From Terriglobia bacterium (GTDB lineage: Bacteria > Acidobacteriota > Terriglobia > JAJPHL01 > JAPKYU01), in NCBI GenBank assembly GCA_965223005.1, contig CBDCVK010000010.1:480001-544000 (forward strand): a stretch of DNA of 64,000 bases. The letters run 5' to 3'. Position numbers and translations under genes: made by a program. Shown here piece after piece: positions 51,986-62,379 of this stretch (the first letter of the stretch is position 1; every line of letters begins with the position of its first letter). Below the pieces are notes generated by a model. The model saw nothing but the letters and a program-made list of their open reading frames with translations. It was not told the origin of the DNA and did no database searches.

Positions 51986-54097
51986 TTGAAGGTGTACCAC
52001 GGCAAAGACATCCGCAACGTTGGGGTGGTTGGCCACGGGGATGCCGGTAAGACCACGCTGGTCTCCGGGCTGCTCTACACGGCCGGCATTGTGACCCGGC
52101 TGGGCCGTGTGGACGACGGCAACACGGTGACTGATTTCGACGAGGAGGAAATCCAGCGCCGGGTGAGCATCTCGACCGGGCTGGCCTACCTGGAATGGAA
52201 GAAGGTCAAGGTCAATCTGCTGGATACGCCCGGCTACAACATCTTCCTGAATGACGCCAAAGGCAGTCTGGTCGCCGCCGATACCGCGCTGGTGGTGGTG
52301 GACGGGGTGGCAGGAGTGGAAGTGCAGACCGAAAAAGTGTGGGGCTTTGCCGAGGAGAACAGCCAGCCCCGGCTGCTGGTGATCAACAAGATGGATCGGG
52401 AGCGGGCCAGCTTCGAGCGGGCGATGGAATCCATCGGCAACGTATTCGGCCGCGCGGCCATTCCTCTCCAGTTGCCGATCGGAGAAGAACGCGGCTTCCG
52501 CGGCGTGGTGGATCTGCTGCGGATGAAGGCGTTCACCTACCAGAATGACGGGGACGGCAAGGGAGCGGAAGCCGACATTCCCCCCGAGCTGGCCGAGGCC
52601 GCCGGGGCTGCCCGCGACAAGCTGGTGGAGATGATCGCCGAGGGCAAAGATTCACTCATGGAGGAGTTCTTCGACCAGGGCACCCTGAGTCCGGAACACC
52701 TGCAGGAGGGGCTGCAGGAAGCCATCCGCGCCAGCAGGATTTATCCCGTGTTTTGTGTCTCGGGCTATCACAACGTGGGCAACGACCTGTTATTGGATTT
52801 TCTGGTGGATTTCTTGCCCACCGCGGTCGAGCGCGGTTCGGTCTCTGGCAGCGTTCCGGGAGACGGCGCCGGTCCGCTCGCCCGGAAGCTGGCGGACTCC
52901 GAACCTGTTTCCCTGTTTGTCTTCAAGACCAGCGCCGACCCGTTCGCCGGCCGCCTCTCCTACTTCAAGGTCTACTCCGGAGTGCTGAAGAACGACACCA
53001 CCCTGGTGAATTTCAACAAGGGACACCAGGAGCGGCTTGCCCACATCACGGTGGCGCAGGGCAAAGAGCATGCCGGAGTGCAGGAGATCCGGGCGGGGGA
53101 CCTGGGGGTGGTCACCAAGCTGAAAGACACCGTAACGGGCCAGACGCTGGGGGACAAGGCGGCCCCGATTCTGTATTCTCCCGTGAAGCTGCCCGAGCCG
53201 CTGATTGCCTTCGCCATCCAGCCCAAGTCGCGGGCCGATGAGGACCGCCTGGGCCCCGCCTTGCACAGGATCCTGGAGGAGGACCCGTCGCTGCGCTTCT
53301 ACCGCGACCCGCGAACCCACGAATTCCTGCTAGCCGGGGCCGGGCAGCAGCACGTGGAGGTGATCGTCTCCCGGCTCAAGCGGCGCTACCACGTGGAGGT
53401 GCAGTTGAAGGCGCCCAAGGTGCCCTACCGCGAGACCATCCGCGGCACTGCCGACGTAGAAGGCAAGCATAAGAAACAAACGGGCGGCCACGGCCAGTTC
53501 GGCGTCTGCCAAATCAAGATGGAACCGACGCCGCGCGGAGCCGGCTTTGAGTTTGTCAACGACATCTTCGGCGGGGCCATCCCCAAGAACTACATCCCGG
53601 CGGTGGAGAAGGGCATCGTCGAGTCTGCCCAACGCGGCTTTCTGGCAGGCTATCCGGTGGTGGACTTCCGCGCCACCCTCCATGATGGGAAGTATCACGA
53701 TGTGGATAGTTCAGAGTTGGCCTTCAAGATTGCCGGTTCGCTGGCCTTCAAGAGCGCCATGAAGGAGGCCAAGCCCATCTTGCTGGAGCCGATCATGAGC
53801 GTGGAAGTCCTCTCGCCGGACCAATTCGCCGGCGACCTCATGGGAGACCTAAACTCCCGACGGGGCCGCATCCAGGGCATGGAGAACCGGGGGACGCTCA
53901 CGGTGATCAAAGCGCAAGTGCCGATGGCCGAGATGCTAACCTATGCCACCGACCTGACCTCCAAAACCCAGGGGCGCGCCAGCTATAGCATGGAATTCTC
54001 CCACTACGACACGGTGCCACAGCAGATTGCCGATAAGGTGATCGCTGCCACGAAAGCGGCGCGTGCGGCCGAGGCAGCGGGGGAGGGAGAAGCATAG
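51986..54097 (+). CDS. fusA: Elongation factor G paralogue (EF-G II)
   Basis: GHGDAGKTT, DTPG, NKMD and KKQTGGHGQF motifs; RVSI replaces RGITI; located outside the str operon. Confidence 0.92.
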   Translation: MKVYHGKDIRNVGVVGHGDAGKTTLVSGLLYTAGIVTRLGRVDDGNTVTDFDEEEIQRRVSISTGLAYLEWKKVKVNLLDTPGYNIFLNDAKGSLVAADTALVVVDGVAGVEVQTEKVWGFAEENSQPRLLVINKMDRERASFERAMESIGNVFGRAAIPLQLPIGEERGFRGVVDLLRMKAFTYQNDGDGKGAEADIPPELAEAAGAARDKLVEMIAEGKDSLMEEFFDQGTLSPEHLQEGLQEAIRASRIYPVFCVSGYHNVGNDLLLDFLVDFLPTAVERGSVSGSVPGDGAGPLARKLADSEPVSLFVFKTSADPFAGRLSYFKVYSGVLKNDTTLVNFNKGHQERLAHITVAQGKEHAGVQEIRAGDLGVVTKLKDTVTGQTLGDKAAPILYSPVKLPEPLIAFAIQPKSRADEDRLGPALHRILEEDPSLRFYRDPRTHEFLLAGAGQQHVEVIVSRLKRRYHVEVQLKAPKVPYRETIRGTADVEGKHKKQTGGHGQFGVCQIKMEPTPRGAGFEFVNDIFGGAIPKNYIPAVEKGIVESAQRGFLAGYPVVDFRATLHDGKYHDVDSSELAFKIAGSLAFKSAMKEAKPILLEPIMSVEVLSPDQFAGDLMGDLNSRRGRIQGMENRGTLTVIKAQVPMAEMLTYATDLTSKTQGRASYSMEFSHYDTVPQQIADKVIAATKAARAAEAAGEGEA

Positions 54098-54339
54098 CCT
54101 GCTCCGGGCAATCTTGTTGATCCCCTGAGCGCGCATTGCTTTCCGTTGTCAACCGGCGGGTTCCAACCGGCTACCATCAAGATTCCATCCTTTTGGCAAA
54201 CCTACACGTCTCTTGGCGGGACACTACCAGCAGGCTATTGGGTTGACCTGTGGCAATCCTGTGTAGTAAACTTTTTTGACGGATTGTAAACGTAGCGAGT
54301 GGGAAGCCAACCTAGAGGGACAGCATTCTTAGGAAATCT

Positions 54340-56169
54340 ATGAAACGGGGAAGTGTTGTCCTCCTGCTTGGGCTAGTGTTCCTGTTGGTGGGGTTGTCGG
54401 GCTGCGAAATGCCCGGCAGAAAAAGGGTCCTGGTCGTTCCTCCCGTTAAACACATTCCTCCTCCTTTGCCCTTAAAGCCGGCCCCTGAGCTGGTGACCGA
54501 GAAGGTGGTAGCGGCTTCTCCCGCGCTTCCACAGCCGAATCCCGCGCAGGAGCTCATTGTCCAGAGTGAGGCCGCGTACCAGGCGGGGGTCGCAGCTTAT
54601 GAGTCTGGCCACCTGGAGCGAGCCAAGCGCGAGTTTGATCAGGCGGTGGACCTCCTGCTGGAGGGGCCAACCGACCTGGCGTCCGACGCCCGGATGGAAA
54701 AGCACTTAGAAAAGCTGGTGGACCAAATTCACAATTATGAGCTGCTGGCTCTACAGGAGGGGGACGGCTTTACCGAGCAGCGCCCTGTGCCGGCTGCGGT
54801 GGACGAAATTGCCGACCTCACCTTCACCTTCTCCTCCAGCCCAATCCTCAAAGAGAGGGTCGAGCAGGAGGTCCGGGAAACAACCTCCGACCTTCCGCTG
54901 GTCATCAACGAGCACGTGCTGGGCTACATCAATTACTTGTCTACCCGGGGCAAAGGCGGCCTGCAGACCACGTTGCAGCGGGCTGGCCGCTACCGGGCCA
55001 TGATCTCCCGCATTCTGCGCGAGGAAGGCGTACCCCAAGACCTGATTTACCTGGCTCAGGCGGAATCGGCCTTTCAGCCCTGGGCGGTTTCTCGAGCCGG
55101 GGCCCGCGGGATGTGGCAATTCATGCGCAGCCGCGGCCGCGAGTATGGCCTAATTATCAACTGGTGGGTGGATGAGCGGCAGGACCCGGAAAAGTCCACC
55201 CGCGCGGCGGCTCGCCACTTGAAAGACCTCCACCAAGCCTTCGGGGATTGGTATCTGGCGATGGCCGCCTACAATTCCGGACCCGCCAGGGTGCAACGCG
55301 CGATTCAACGAACCGGGTATGCCGATTTCTGGGAGCTGCTGAAGCGCAACGCGCTGCCGCGCGAAACCCGGAACTATGTACCGATTATCTTGGCCACCAC
55401 CATCGTGGCCAAAAACCCGGAAAAGTACGGGCTCGACCGTGTCTCACCGCAATTGCCGGTGGCGCTCGAGACGGTGACAATTTCCACTCCTACCGACCTG
55501 CGGCTGATCGCCGAGACCATAGATTGCAGCGTCAATCTGCTGCAAACCGTGAACCCCAGCCTCCTCCGGCTCGTTACTCCCAAAGGGGAGTTCGAGTTGA
55601 AACTGCCTGCCGGGACGAAGCAGCGTTTCCTGGAGCAGATTGCCCGGATCCCGGAGAACAAGCGGGTGTTTTGGCGCTGGCACCGCGTGGCTCCAGGTGA
55701 GAGCCTCGGCAAGATCGCTGGCCGGTACAAGACGACGGTGGCCGCCATCGCCAAGGTCAACGAACTGAAAGTCAAGGCTCCTTTGCCGGTGAACGCCAAG
55801 CTGGTGATTCCGGTCACCAGCAGGCAGGCGGCACAAACAGGGACAGTACGATTGCGCTACCGGATCCGGTGGGGCGATACCCTGTCCGAACTTGCCGAGC
55901 GCTTCGGCGTTTCCATCTCGAACCTCCGCCGCTGGAACCGGATCCGGGGCAGTCGCCTGGTTGCCGGGCGCTTTCTGGTCATTTACGCCAAGCAGCCGGG
56001 CACGGGTCGCACGACCTCCAGGCGGCGCTCCTCCAGCAAGGCGGGAGGAAAGGCGGTTCGCACTTCCGACGCTAACCGCAAGGAAAACAAAAGGTTAGCA
56101 AAGACCAAGACTCCCCCTGCCAACCTTCCCCTGCCCCCTGTGACTGGAACGCGCCCAGCAGTTCGTTGA
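54340..56169 (+). CDS. MltD-like lytic transglycosylase lipoprotein with two LysM domains
   Basis: Lipobox LSGC; AESAF, GMWQF, AAYNSG and ETRNYV motifs; two LysM repeats. Confidence 0.93.
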   Translation: MKRGSVVLLLGLVFLLVGLSGCEMPGRKRVLVVPPVKHIPPPLPLKPAPELVTEKVVAASPALPQPNPAQELIVQSEAAYQAGVAAYESGHLERAKREFDQAVDLLLEGPTDLASDARMEKHLEKLVDQIHNYELLALQEGDGFTEQRPVPAAVDEIADLTFTFSSSPILKERVEQEVRETTSDLPLVINEHVLGYINYLSTRGKGGLQTTLQRAGRYRAMISRILREEGVPQDLIYLAQAESAFQPWAVSRAGARGMWQFMRSRGREYGLIINWWVDERQDPEKSTRAAARHLKDLHQAFGDWYLAMAAYNSGPARVQRAIQRTGYADFWELLKRNALPRETRNYVPIILATTIVAKNPEKYGLDRVSPQLPVALETVTISTPTDLRLIAETIDCSVNLLQTVNPSLLRLVTPKGEFELKLPAGTKQRFLEQIARIPENKRVFWRWHRVAPGESLGKIAGRYKTTVAAIAKVNELKVKAPLPVNAKLVIPVTSRQAAQTGTVRLRYRIRWGDTLSELAERFGVSISNLRRWNRIRGSRLVAGRFLVIYAKQPGTGRTTSRRRSSSKAGGKAVRTSDANRKENKRLAKTKTPPANLPLPPVTGTRPAVR

Positions 56170-56341
56170 AATCATGCCCCCCTTCCTCTCTGACTTTTTC
56201 CTGTGCCACATCTAGTCCGCTCTTGACAGCTTGGCGGCAGTGGAGTTAATTTCGCGCGGGGAAAACGTTTATCCGCGCATTTGTTTGACCAGGGTTCTCG
56301 TTGATCAGGGTTCTCGAAAATCTATACCAAAGCGGTAGTGA

Positions 56342-56830
56342 GTGGAGCACATGATGGCGATCGACTATCGGCAGGAGGAAGACAGCGAGATGGAAGAGCT
56401 GGGGTTAGGCTCCCAACACGAGGAAGAAGCGGAGGGGGAAACACTGGAACAAGAAGTGATCGGCGGCGTGCCTGAGCTGTTCCCACCTGTTCCCGTGCCT
56501 CTGCCAGCGCCGGCCGCTCCGGCACCCCCAAGGGTCCGGAGGGCAACGAAGAAGCCGGCCCGCAGGCCAGCCAGGAGAAAGCCGGCCCGCAGGCCAGCCA
56601 GGAGAAAGCCGGCCCGCAGGCCAGCCAGGAGAAAGCCGGCTCGCAGGCCAGCCAGGAGAAAGCCGGCTCGCAGGCCAGCCAGGAGAAAGCCGGCTCGCAG
56701 GCCAGCCAGGAGAAAGCCAGCCCGCAGGCCGGCCAGGAGAAAGCCAGCCCGCAGGCCGGCCAGGAGAAAGTCGGCTAGAGCCAGACCCAAGAGGAGGGCG
56801 AAGGCCAAGAAAATCCGGCGGCGGCGCTAG
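56342..56830 (+). CDS. Histone H1/protamine-like protein with acidic N-terminus and (KPARRPARR)8
   Basis: Glu-rich N-terminus, Pro linker and Arg/Lys repeat C-terminus. Confidence 0.75.
   Translation: MEHMMAIDYRQEEDSEMEELGLGSQHEEEAEGETLEQEVIGGVPELFPPVPVPLPAPAAPAPPRVRRATKKPARRPARRKPARRPARRKPARRPARRKPARRPARRKPARRPARRKPARRPARRKPARRPARRKPARRPARRKSARARPKRRAKAKKIRRRR
56552..56767 (+). repeat. 27-bp tandem repeat, eight copies
   Basis: Unit AAGCCGGCCCGCAGGCCAGCCAGGAGA in three synonymous variants arranged 3+3+2. Confidence 0.97.
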
Positions 56831-57038
56831 GCTAGGCCACGGCAGGACAAATCTTTTGCTGCCCGACTGCTTCCTGATTGGCGTTCCGGCGATTTTTGCC
56901 GCGCTGGGCTTGCTGAGCAGGTGGCTGAGCAACCTTGATTTTCGGCGCAAAGGCAATCCTAGCCGTCCCGGGCTCTGCGGCTTGCTGGCGCCGGCGGAAT
57001 ACCCTTCCGCTTCCGGGCAAGCGCCGTAAGCCAGCTTG

Positions 57039-57260
57039 CTAGGCCGTTTCCACTGCTTTTTCCACCGCAGCCCGGCAACGGGAGTAAAGTTTCAGCAAAC
57101 TCTCAGCTACGTCTTCGCTCTTCTCCGGCTTGGCCTGGAATCCTGCCGAGACAGCCGGGCGGTCGTATCCGGTTGTTATGGCGATGAACTTCATCAAGTC
57201 CAGGGCAATATCCTCCACCCGCCGCGTGCCCGATCCCACCGCAATGGATTCTTCCGGCAT
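57039..57260 (-). CDS. Small hypothetical protein
   Basis: AGGAG RBS; EDIALDLMKFIA..LLKLYSRCRAAVE. Confidence 0.7.
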   Translation of the reverse strand: MPEESIAVGSGTRRVEDIALDLMKFIAITTGYDRPAVSAGFQAKPEKSEDVAESLLKLYSRCRAAVEKAVETA

Positions 57261-57286
57261 GTGTGCTCTCCTAAAGATTTCGTCTG

Positions 57287-57805
57287 ATGGCGCACAGCTA
57301 CTATACTTGCTGTGTGGAAGACTGGGAAAGCGTCGCGTTACCGGGACCGGCGCTGGACTACGACTGGGTAACAGATCGGCTGGCCGTGGGCGGCGCCATT
57401 TGGACCCGCAGAAACATGCAATTGTTGGCCGCCGCTGGCATCACCCATGTCGTGAACATGCAGCTGGAGTTCAACGACTCGCAGATCTCCGACGGCACCG
57501 GCGTGTCCGTGCTGTGGAACCCCTGCGATGACGATTTTCTGGAAAAGCCACCGGAGCTGTTTCGGCAGGGAGTGGAGTTCGCCCTGCATGCCTACCAGGA
57601 GCCTGGCTCGCGGATCTACTTTCACTGCTCGGCCGGCGTTCACCGTGGGCCCATGATGCTGCTGGCGTTTCTGAGCGCCCAGGATATGAGCATGGACGCG
57701 GCCGTGGCCCTGATCCGCAGCAAGCGTCCCGGCGCCGACTTCCCCGCCGTCTACCGGAACAGCGTCGAGCGTTTCCTGGCCACCTACCACAGGCTGTCCA
57801 AGTAA
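57287..57805 (+). CDS. Dual-specificity protein phosphatase
   Basis: HCSAGVHRG (CX5R) motif; true start may be GTG at 57314. Confidence 0.9.
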   Translation: MAHSYYTCCVEDWESVALPGPALDYDWVTDRLAVGGAIWTRRNMQLLAAAGITHVVNMQLEFNDSQISDGTGVSVLWNPCDDDFLEKPPELFRQGVEFALHAYQEPGSRIYFHCSAGVHRGPMMLLAFLSAQDMSMDAAVALIRSKRPGADFPAVYRNSVERFLATYHRLSK

Positions 57806-57914
57806 CTGGGCTCGTTTTCCCGAGACCAGCCAAGCTTCCAGAATGGGCTGCCGATTCCGGAACTTGCCCCACTGGGCCCGGAATTCGCCGCATTTGAGCT
57901 AAGATGGCGCCGTC

Positions 57915-58730
57915 ATGCCCAGGGCCCTCTTCCAGGTGCAGCGCATGCGCGGCGGAGCCCAATCGCACCTGATTTTCTGTGAAAATGGCAGCTTCTATGT
58001 CGTGAAGTTTCAAAACAACCCCCAGCATGTCCGTGTTTTGGCCAATGAAATGCTAGCTACTTCGCTGGCAAACTTTCTTGGGCTACCGGTCCCCGAGTTT
58101 GCCGAGGTGGAGGTGTCAGCGGAGCTGCTTGAGCGCGCTCCAGAGCTGAGTTTCCAGGCTGTCCAGGGACGTGTGGGTTGCGCCGCCGGCCGGCACTTCG
58201 GCTCGAAGTTGCCGGTTAATCCCTCGCGCGAACCACTCTACGATTTTGTCCCGGACCAGACGCTGGCGCTGTTAGCGAATCGCCAAGCCTTCGCCGGCAT
58301 GTTGGCCTTTGACCAGTGGACGTGCAATGCCGACGCGCGCCAGGCAGTGTTCTGTCGAGCCCCGGATTCGGGGGGTCGTTACCGGGCTCTGATGGTCGAC
58401 CAGGGCTTTTGCTTCAACAATGGCGAGTGGAATTTCCCCGACTCGCCTCTCCGCGGGCTGTATCCGCGGTTGGTCGTTTATGAGGGCGTGACGGGCTGGG
58501 ACAGCTTTGATCCCTGGTTGACGCTGTTGCGCGAGATGGACTGGCGCGTGGCGGAAGAGTTTGCCGGCCGGGTTCCGCCCGCCTGGTACGACGCTGAGGA
58601 CGCGGCCTTACAGAAGTTGGTGGAAGCTCTGGACCGTCGCCGCCGCCGCCTTCCAGAACTCCTGGAGGCCGTGCGGCGGAGCCCGAAGAATCCGTTCCCC
58701 AACTGGCGATTGCAACTGGCCGCCAGGTAA
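57915..58730 (+). CDS. HipA-like Ser/Thr kinase
   Basis: MRGGAQSHL, YVVKF, LANE, FDQWTCNADARQ and MVDQGFCF motifs. Confidence 0.85.
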   Translation: MPRALFQVQRMRGGAQSHLIFCENGSFYVVKFQNNPQHVRVLANEMLATSLANFLGLPVPEFAEVEVSAELLERAPELSFQAVQGRVGCAAGRHFGSKLPVNPSREPLYDFVPDQTLALLANRQAFAGMLAFDQWTCNADARQAVFCRAPDSGGRYRALMVDQGFCFNNGEWNFPDSPLRGLYPRLVVYEGVTGWDSFDPWLTLLREMDWRVAEEFAGRVPPAWYDAEDAALQKLVEALDRRRRRLPELLEAVRRSPKNPFPNWRLQLAAR

Positions 58731-58869
58731 GGAGTGGCGGCCAACGGGCCGCGGATAACCTCCGGTGCATAGCCGCCATAGAATAGCCGGAGATCAGAAG
58801 CGCCGCGGGCAAGCTACGGCGGTAGTCAGGAAGCAGGCGGCAGTGAGGTAGCAGAGGGAGGGGTAGCAG

Positions 58870-59655
58870 ATGGAAACATTTCGATTTCAGTTGCTGCGCT
58901 ACGTGCCCGATCCAGTCAAGAACGAATTTATCAACATCGGCGTGGTGCTGCTGGACGACCTCAGCCATTCGCTGGGCGTCCGCATGGCCAGTGAGGCCGA
59001 CCTGCGCCGCGTGCGCTGTGTCCATCCGGGCGCCGACCTGGACTTGCTTCGTTCCTGGCAGGCCACCGTGGAAGACGAACTGGCTCGCCAGCCCGAGGCG
59101 GCAGGCGAGTGGCTGCGTTCCCTGGAGGAGGTGGCGTCCCACTCGCTTCGCTGGACCTCGCCGGCGGGTTGCCAGAGCCGGGACGCACCGGTCGCACTGC
59201 AGGAACTCTACGAACGGTTCGTGGCCTCACCGCCGCGGGCCGCTGTGGGCGTCCGTCCTGGAACCGCTGCCTGGGTGAAGCGGGAGGCCGACAGCGTATT
59301 CCGGGCTTCGGGGTTGCTGGAGCATTTCCAAAGCGGAGTTTGGGCCCAGCGCTTCACCTATCCGGGCGACCCATTCCGCATTCACTACGCCTATAGCAAT
59401 GGCGCGCCTCGCTACATCCACATGCTCTCTCTTGAGCATTCGATACAGCAGGCCAAGGTCCTGGCATTCACCTTCGAACGCATCCAGCGCAACGGGCAGG
59501 GGGCTCTGACCTCGGTGGTGGAGCCGGAACCCCGGCCCATCCCGACGGTCCAGTTCACGCGTCAGTTGCTGGAACAGAGCGGCATTGAAGTCGTTTCACT
59601 GGACCGCATCCAGGCCTTGGTGCGGAGGGCCAGGGAGGAGCTCCGTCTCGTTTAG
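58870..59655 (+). CDS. DUF3037 domain protein
   Basis: LLRYVPDPVKNEFINIGV N-terminal signature; follows the HipA-like kinase. Confidence 0.85.
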   Translation: METFRFQLLRYVPDPVKNEFINIGVVLLDDLSHSLGVRMASEADLRRVRCVHPGADLDLLRSWQATVEDELARQPEAAGEWLRSLEEVASHSLRWTSPAGCQSRDAPVALQELYERFVASPPRAAVGVRPGTAAWVKREADSVFRASGLLEHFQSGVWAQRFTYPGDPFRIHYAYSNGAPRYIHMLSLEHSIQQAKVLAFTFERIQRNGQGALTSVVEPEPRPIPTVQFTRQLLEQSGIEVVSLDRIQALVRRAREELRLV

Positions 59656-59784
59656 CGATCGCGTTGACCAACCTTCCGCGTTTCTATCTGCGAAATCTGT
59701 GTAAATCTGCCGATTGATTCCTGTCTGGTTTTAAGAAACACTGATCAACTGACGGATTTCTGTTAGGACTGAGGAGGTCCCCTA

Positions 59785-60756
59785 GTGGGTGAGGTTATTC
59801 TGCCGGCGGCGGTGCGCGTGCCGGGCTCCAGCGCCAACCTGGGGCCGGGGTTCGACGTGCTGGGCCTGGCACTGGAAATCTACCTGGAGGCGCGAGTCGA
59901 CCGGTCGACACCCGGCAAACCCCCGGTGCGGCTCGCCGGTCCCCACATCGAAGGAATCTCCACCGACGATTCCAACCTGGTGCTGACCGCTTTTCGCACT
60001 GCCTTCCAGCGCACGGGCAAGCAGGCCCCCTCAGTCTGCCTGGAACTGCGCAACGGGATTCCTCTGACACGAGGATTAGGCTCCAGCGGCGCGGCCGCCG
60101 TGGCGGGAGCCACGCTTGCCAACTACTGTGGCCGCCTGGGGTTGTCCCGAACCGACATGGTGGCGCTGGCCGCGGAACTGGAAGCCGGTCATGCGGACAA
60201 CGTGGCCGCCTCCTGCCTGGGTGGTTTGGCGGTGGCCTGCCGGGGTGGCAGCGCGGATGGCGGCGCCGCGGGGGGAATTCAGGTTCTGGCCTTGCCCTGG
60301 CCGCCGGAGATCGTACCGGTGCTGGCGATTCCGCAGTTACACCTCGAAACCCAGGAGGCGCGCAGCGCGCTGCCGAACTCCTACAGCCGCGCCGACGCCG
60401 TGTTCAACCTGCAGCGGGTAGCACTGCTGGTGGGGGCACTGGCTTCCGGGCGCGCGCCCGAGCTGGCCGACGACTCGGAACTGTTCGCCGCCGCGCTCGC
60501 CGACCGCCTGCACCAGCCCTACCGCGCCCCTCTCGTGCCGGGACTTCGCGAAGCGCTCGGGCTCCGTGTCCCCGGCCTGCTCGGCGTGGCTCTGAGCGGG
60601 GCAGGCCCTTCGCTGATTGCCTTCGTCCGGGGGGCGCCTCAGCCCACCGTGGCCGCTCTGGAGCAGCTTTACCGAGACCTCGGGCTCACAGCCGAGGTGC
60701 GGCCGGTGAAGGTAGACACCGAGGGCGCCGTCGTGATTGATTCATTGACGATTTGA
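59785..60756 (+). CDS. thrB: Homoserine kinase
   Basis: PGSSANLGPGFD, PLTRGLGSSGA, GHADNV, DRLHQPYR and LSGAGP motifs. Confidence 0.95.
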   Translation: MGEVILPAAVRVPGSSANLGPGFDVLGLALEIYLEARVDRSTPGKPPVRLAGPHIEGISTDDSNLVLTAFRTAFQRTGKQAPSVCLELRNGIPLTRGLGSSGAAAVAGATLANYCGRLGLSRTDMVALAAELEAGHADNVAASCLGGLAVACRGGSADGGAAGGIQVLALPWPPEIVPVLAIPQLHLETQEARSALPNSYSRADAVFNLQRVALLVGALASGRAPELADDSELFAAALADRLHQPYRAPLVPGLREALGLRVPGLLGVALSGAGPSLIAFVRGAPQPTVAALEQLYRDLGLTAEVRPVKVDTEGAVVIDSLTI

Positions 60757-60860
60757 GCTTTGAATCATTGCGGTCCTGAGTCGGGTTGGATCCATCGTTA
60801 ATCCTTCCATCTTCAACGATTCAATTCCCCGCGAATCAGTTCTGTGCTTTCATAGGGTGA

Positions 60861-62171
60861 ATGAACGGTTATTTCCGCTGCGTGCGGGCGAGGTGCGGCG
60901 CCGATTTTTCCCTGAGCGAAAACATCCACACCTGTCCACGCTGTGGCGGCCTGTTGGACGTGCTGTTCGAATTTGACCGGGACGCCGCGCAGCAGTGGCC
61001 GGCGCTGTGGCAGAAGCGCCGGGCCTCGCTCCACAGCCTGGACGCCAGCGGCATCTGGCGCTTCCGCGAACTGATCCCCTTCCTGGACGACTACGGCGCG
61101 GTGGCCACACTCGGGGAGGGGAACACGCCGCTGCTGGAGTCGCCCAGAGCGGCGCGCTTTGCCGGGGCGGAGAACCTTCGCTTCAAGCACCAGGGCTTCA
61201 ACCCTACAGGCTCGTTCAAGGACAACGGGATGACCTGCGGGGTCGCCCGGGCGCGGGCGCTGGACATGGGCCTGGTGGGCTGCGTTTCGACCGGCAACAC
61301 CTCGGCTTCTATGGCCGCCTATGCGTCCCATGCAGGGCTGCGTCCGGTGGTCTTCGTTCCGCACGGCAAGATCGCAATGGGCAAACTGGCCCAGGCGCTA
61401 GAGTATGGCGCCGTCACCTTTCAGGTAGAAGCGAACTTCGACGGGATCCTGCGACTCATTTTGCAGATAGCCGACCAGGTGGGCCTCTACCTGCTCAACT
61501 CGGTGAACCCGTTTCGTTTGGAGGGCCAGAAGCTCATCATGGCTGAGCTGCTGGAGCAGTGCGGGTGGAAAGAGCCCGATTGGATCGTTCTGCCCGGCGG
61601 CAACCTGGGCAACGTCTCCGCTTTCGGCAAGGGGCTGCGGGAACTGTTGGACCTGGGCTTGATTCGCAGGCTGCCGCGGCTGGCGGTGGTGCAGGCCGAA
61701 GGGGCTGCTCCGCTGTATCGCATGCTGTCGGCAGGCGCGGAGCAACTCCAGCCGCTGGAGCACCCACAGTCGCTGGCGACCGCCATCCAGATCGGCGCGC
61801 CGGTCTCCTGGCCTAAGGCCGTCCGCGAATTACGGGCATCGGCGGGGATTTGCGAAATCGTTAGCGAGCAGGAGATCGCAGATGCCAAGGCGGCCATCGG
61901 GCGCGCCGGGATCGGCTGCGAGCCCGCCTCTGCCGCCAGCCTGGCCGGCGTCAAGAAACTGATTGCTTGCGGAAAAATCTCTTCCCACGAGAGCGTGGTG
62001 GCCGTGCTGACCGGCCACCTGCTGAAAGACCCCGACTACATCTTGCGCTATCACGCCGGGGAATTGGAGTGCGCCGGGCAGCTCTTGGAGAGTCGCTTCG
62101 CCAATCGACTCCGACAGGTCCCCGCTGACAGCGCCGAGCTAGAACGCGCCATCCTCTCTATAACGTCTTAG
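60861..62171 (+). CDS. thrC: Threonine synthase
   Basis: LGEGNTPL, NPTGSFKD, STGNTSAS, NSVNPFRLEGQK and TGHLLKD motifs. Confidence 0.95.
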   Translation: MNGYFRCVRARCGADFSLSENIHTCPRCGGLLDVLFEFDRDAAQQWPALWQKRRASLHSLDASGIWRFRELIPFLDDYGAVATLGEGNTPLLESPRAARFAGAENLRFKHQGFNPTGSFKDNGMTCGVARARALDMGLVGCVSTGNTSASMAAYASHAGLRPVVFVPHGKIAMGKLAQALEYGAVTFQVEANFDGILRLILQIADQVGLYLLNSVNPFRLEGQKLIMAELLEQCGWKEPDWIVLPGGNLGNVSAFGKGLRELLDLGLIRRLPRLAVVQAEGAAPLYRMLSAGAEQLQPLEHPQSLATAIQIGAPVSWPKAVRELRASAGICEIVSEQEIADAKAAIGRAGIGCEPASAASLAGVKKLIACGKISSHESVVAVLTGHLLKDPDYILRYHAGELECAGQLLESRFANRLRQVPADSAELERAILSITS

Positions 62172-62379
62172 AACTCAGAAGCAGTCGCAAATCTGTGTAG
62201 TCGGGATTTGGTCGGTGCCGACCAAAAGAAAGTCCCGTGACTTCCGGTTCCGTCGGTAAAACATTCTGCTTGCATTCTGTTCGACTCCGTTCCATTCTAG
62301 CGTGGGGCCTACCTAGACGAGGAACGGAAGGCCCAAGGATGGGCACCAGCGGCCATCTCCGGAGCGTCTCATAATTGAG

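Noticed and set aside
56552-56767. 27-bp repeats as a CRISPR array
   Set aside because: The repeats are contiguous with no spacers, are in frame in a protein, and there are no cas genes.
56342-58730. Repeat protein as substrate of the HipA-like kinase
   Set aside because: The repeats contain no Ser/Thr/Tyr; only proximity supports the idea.
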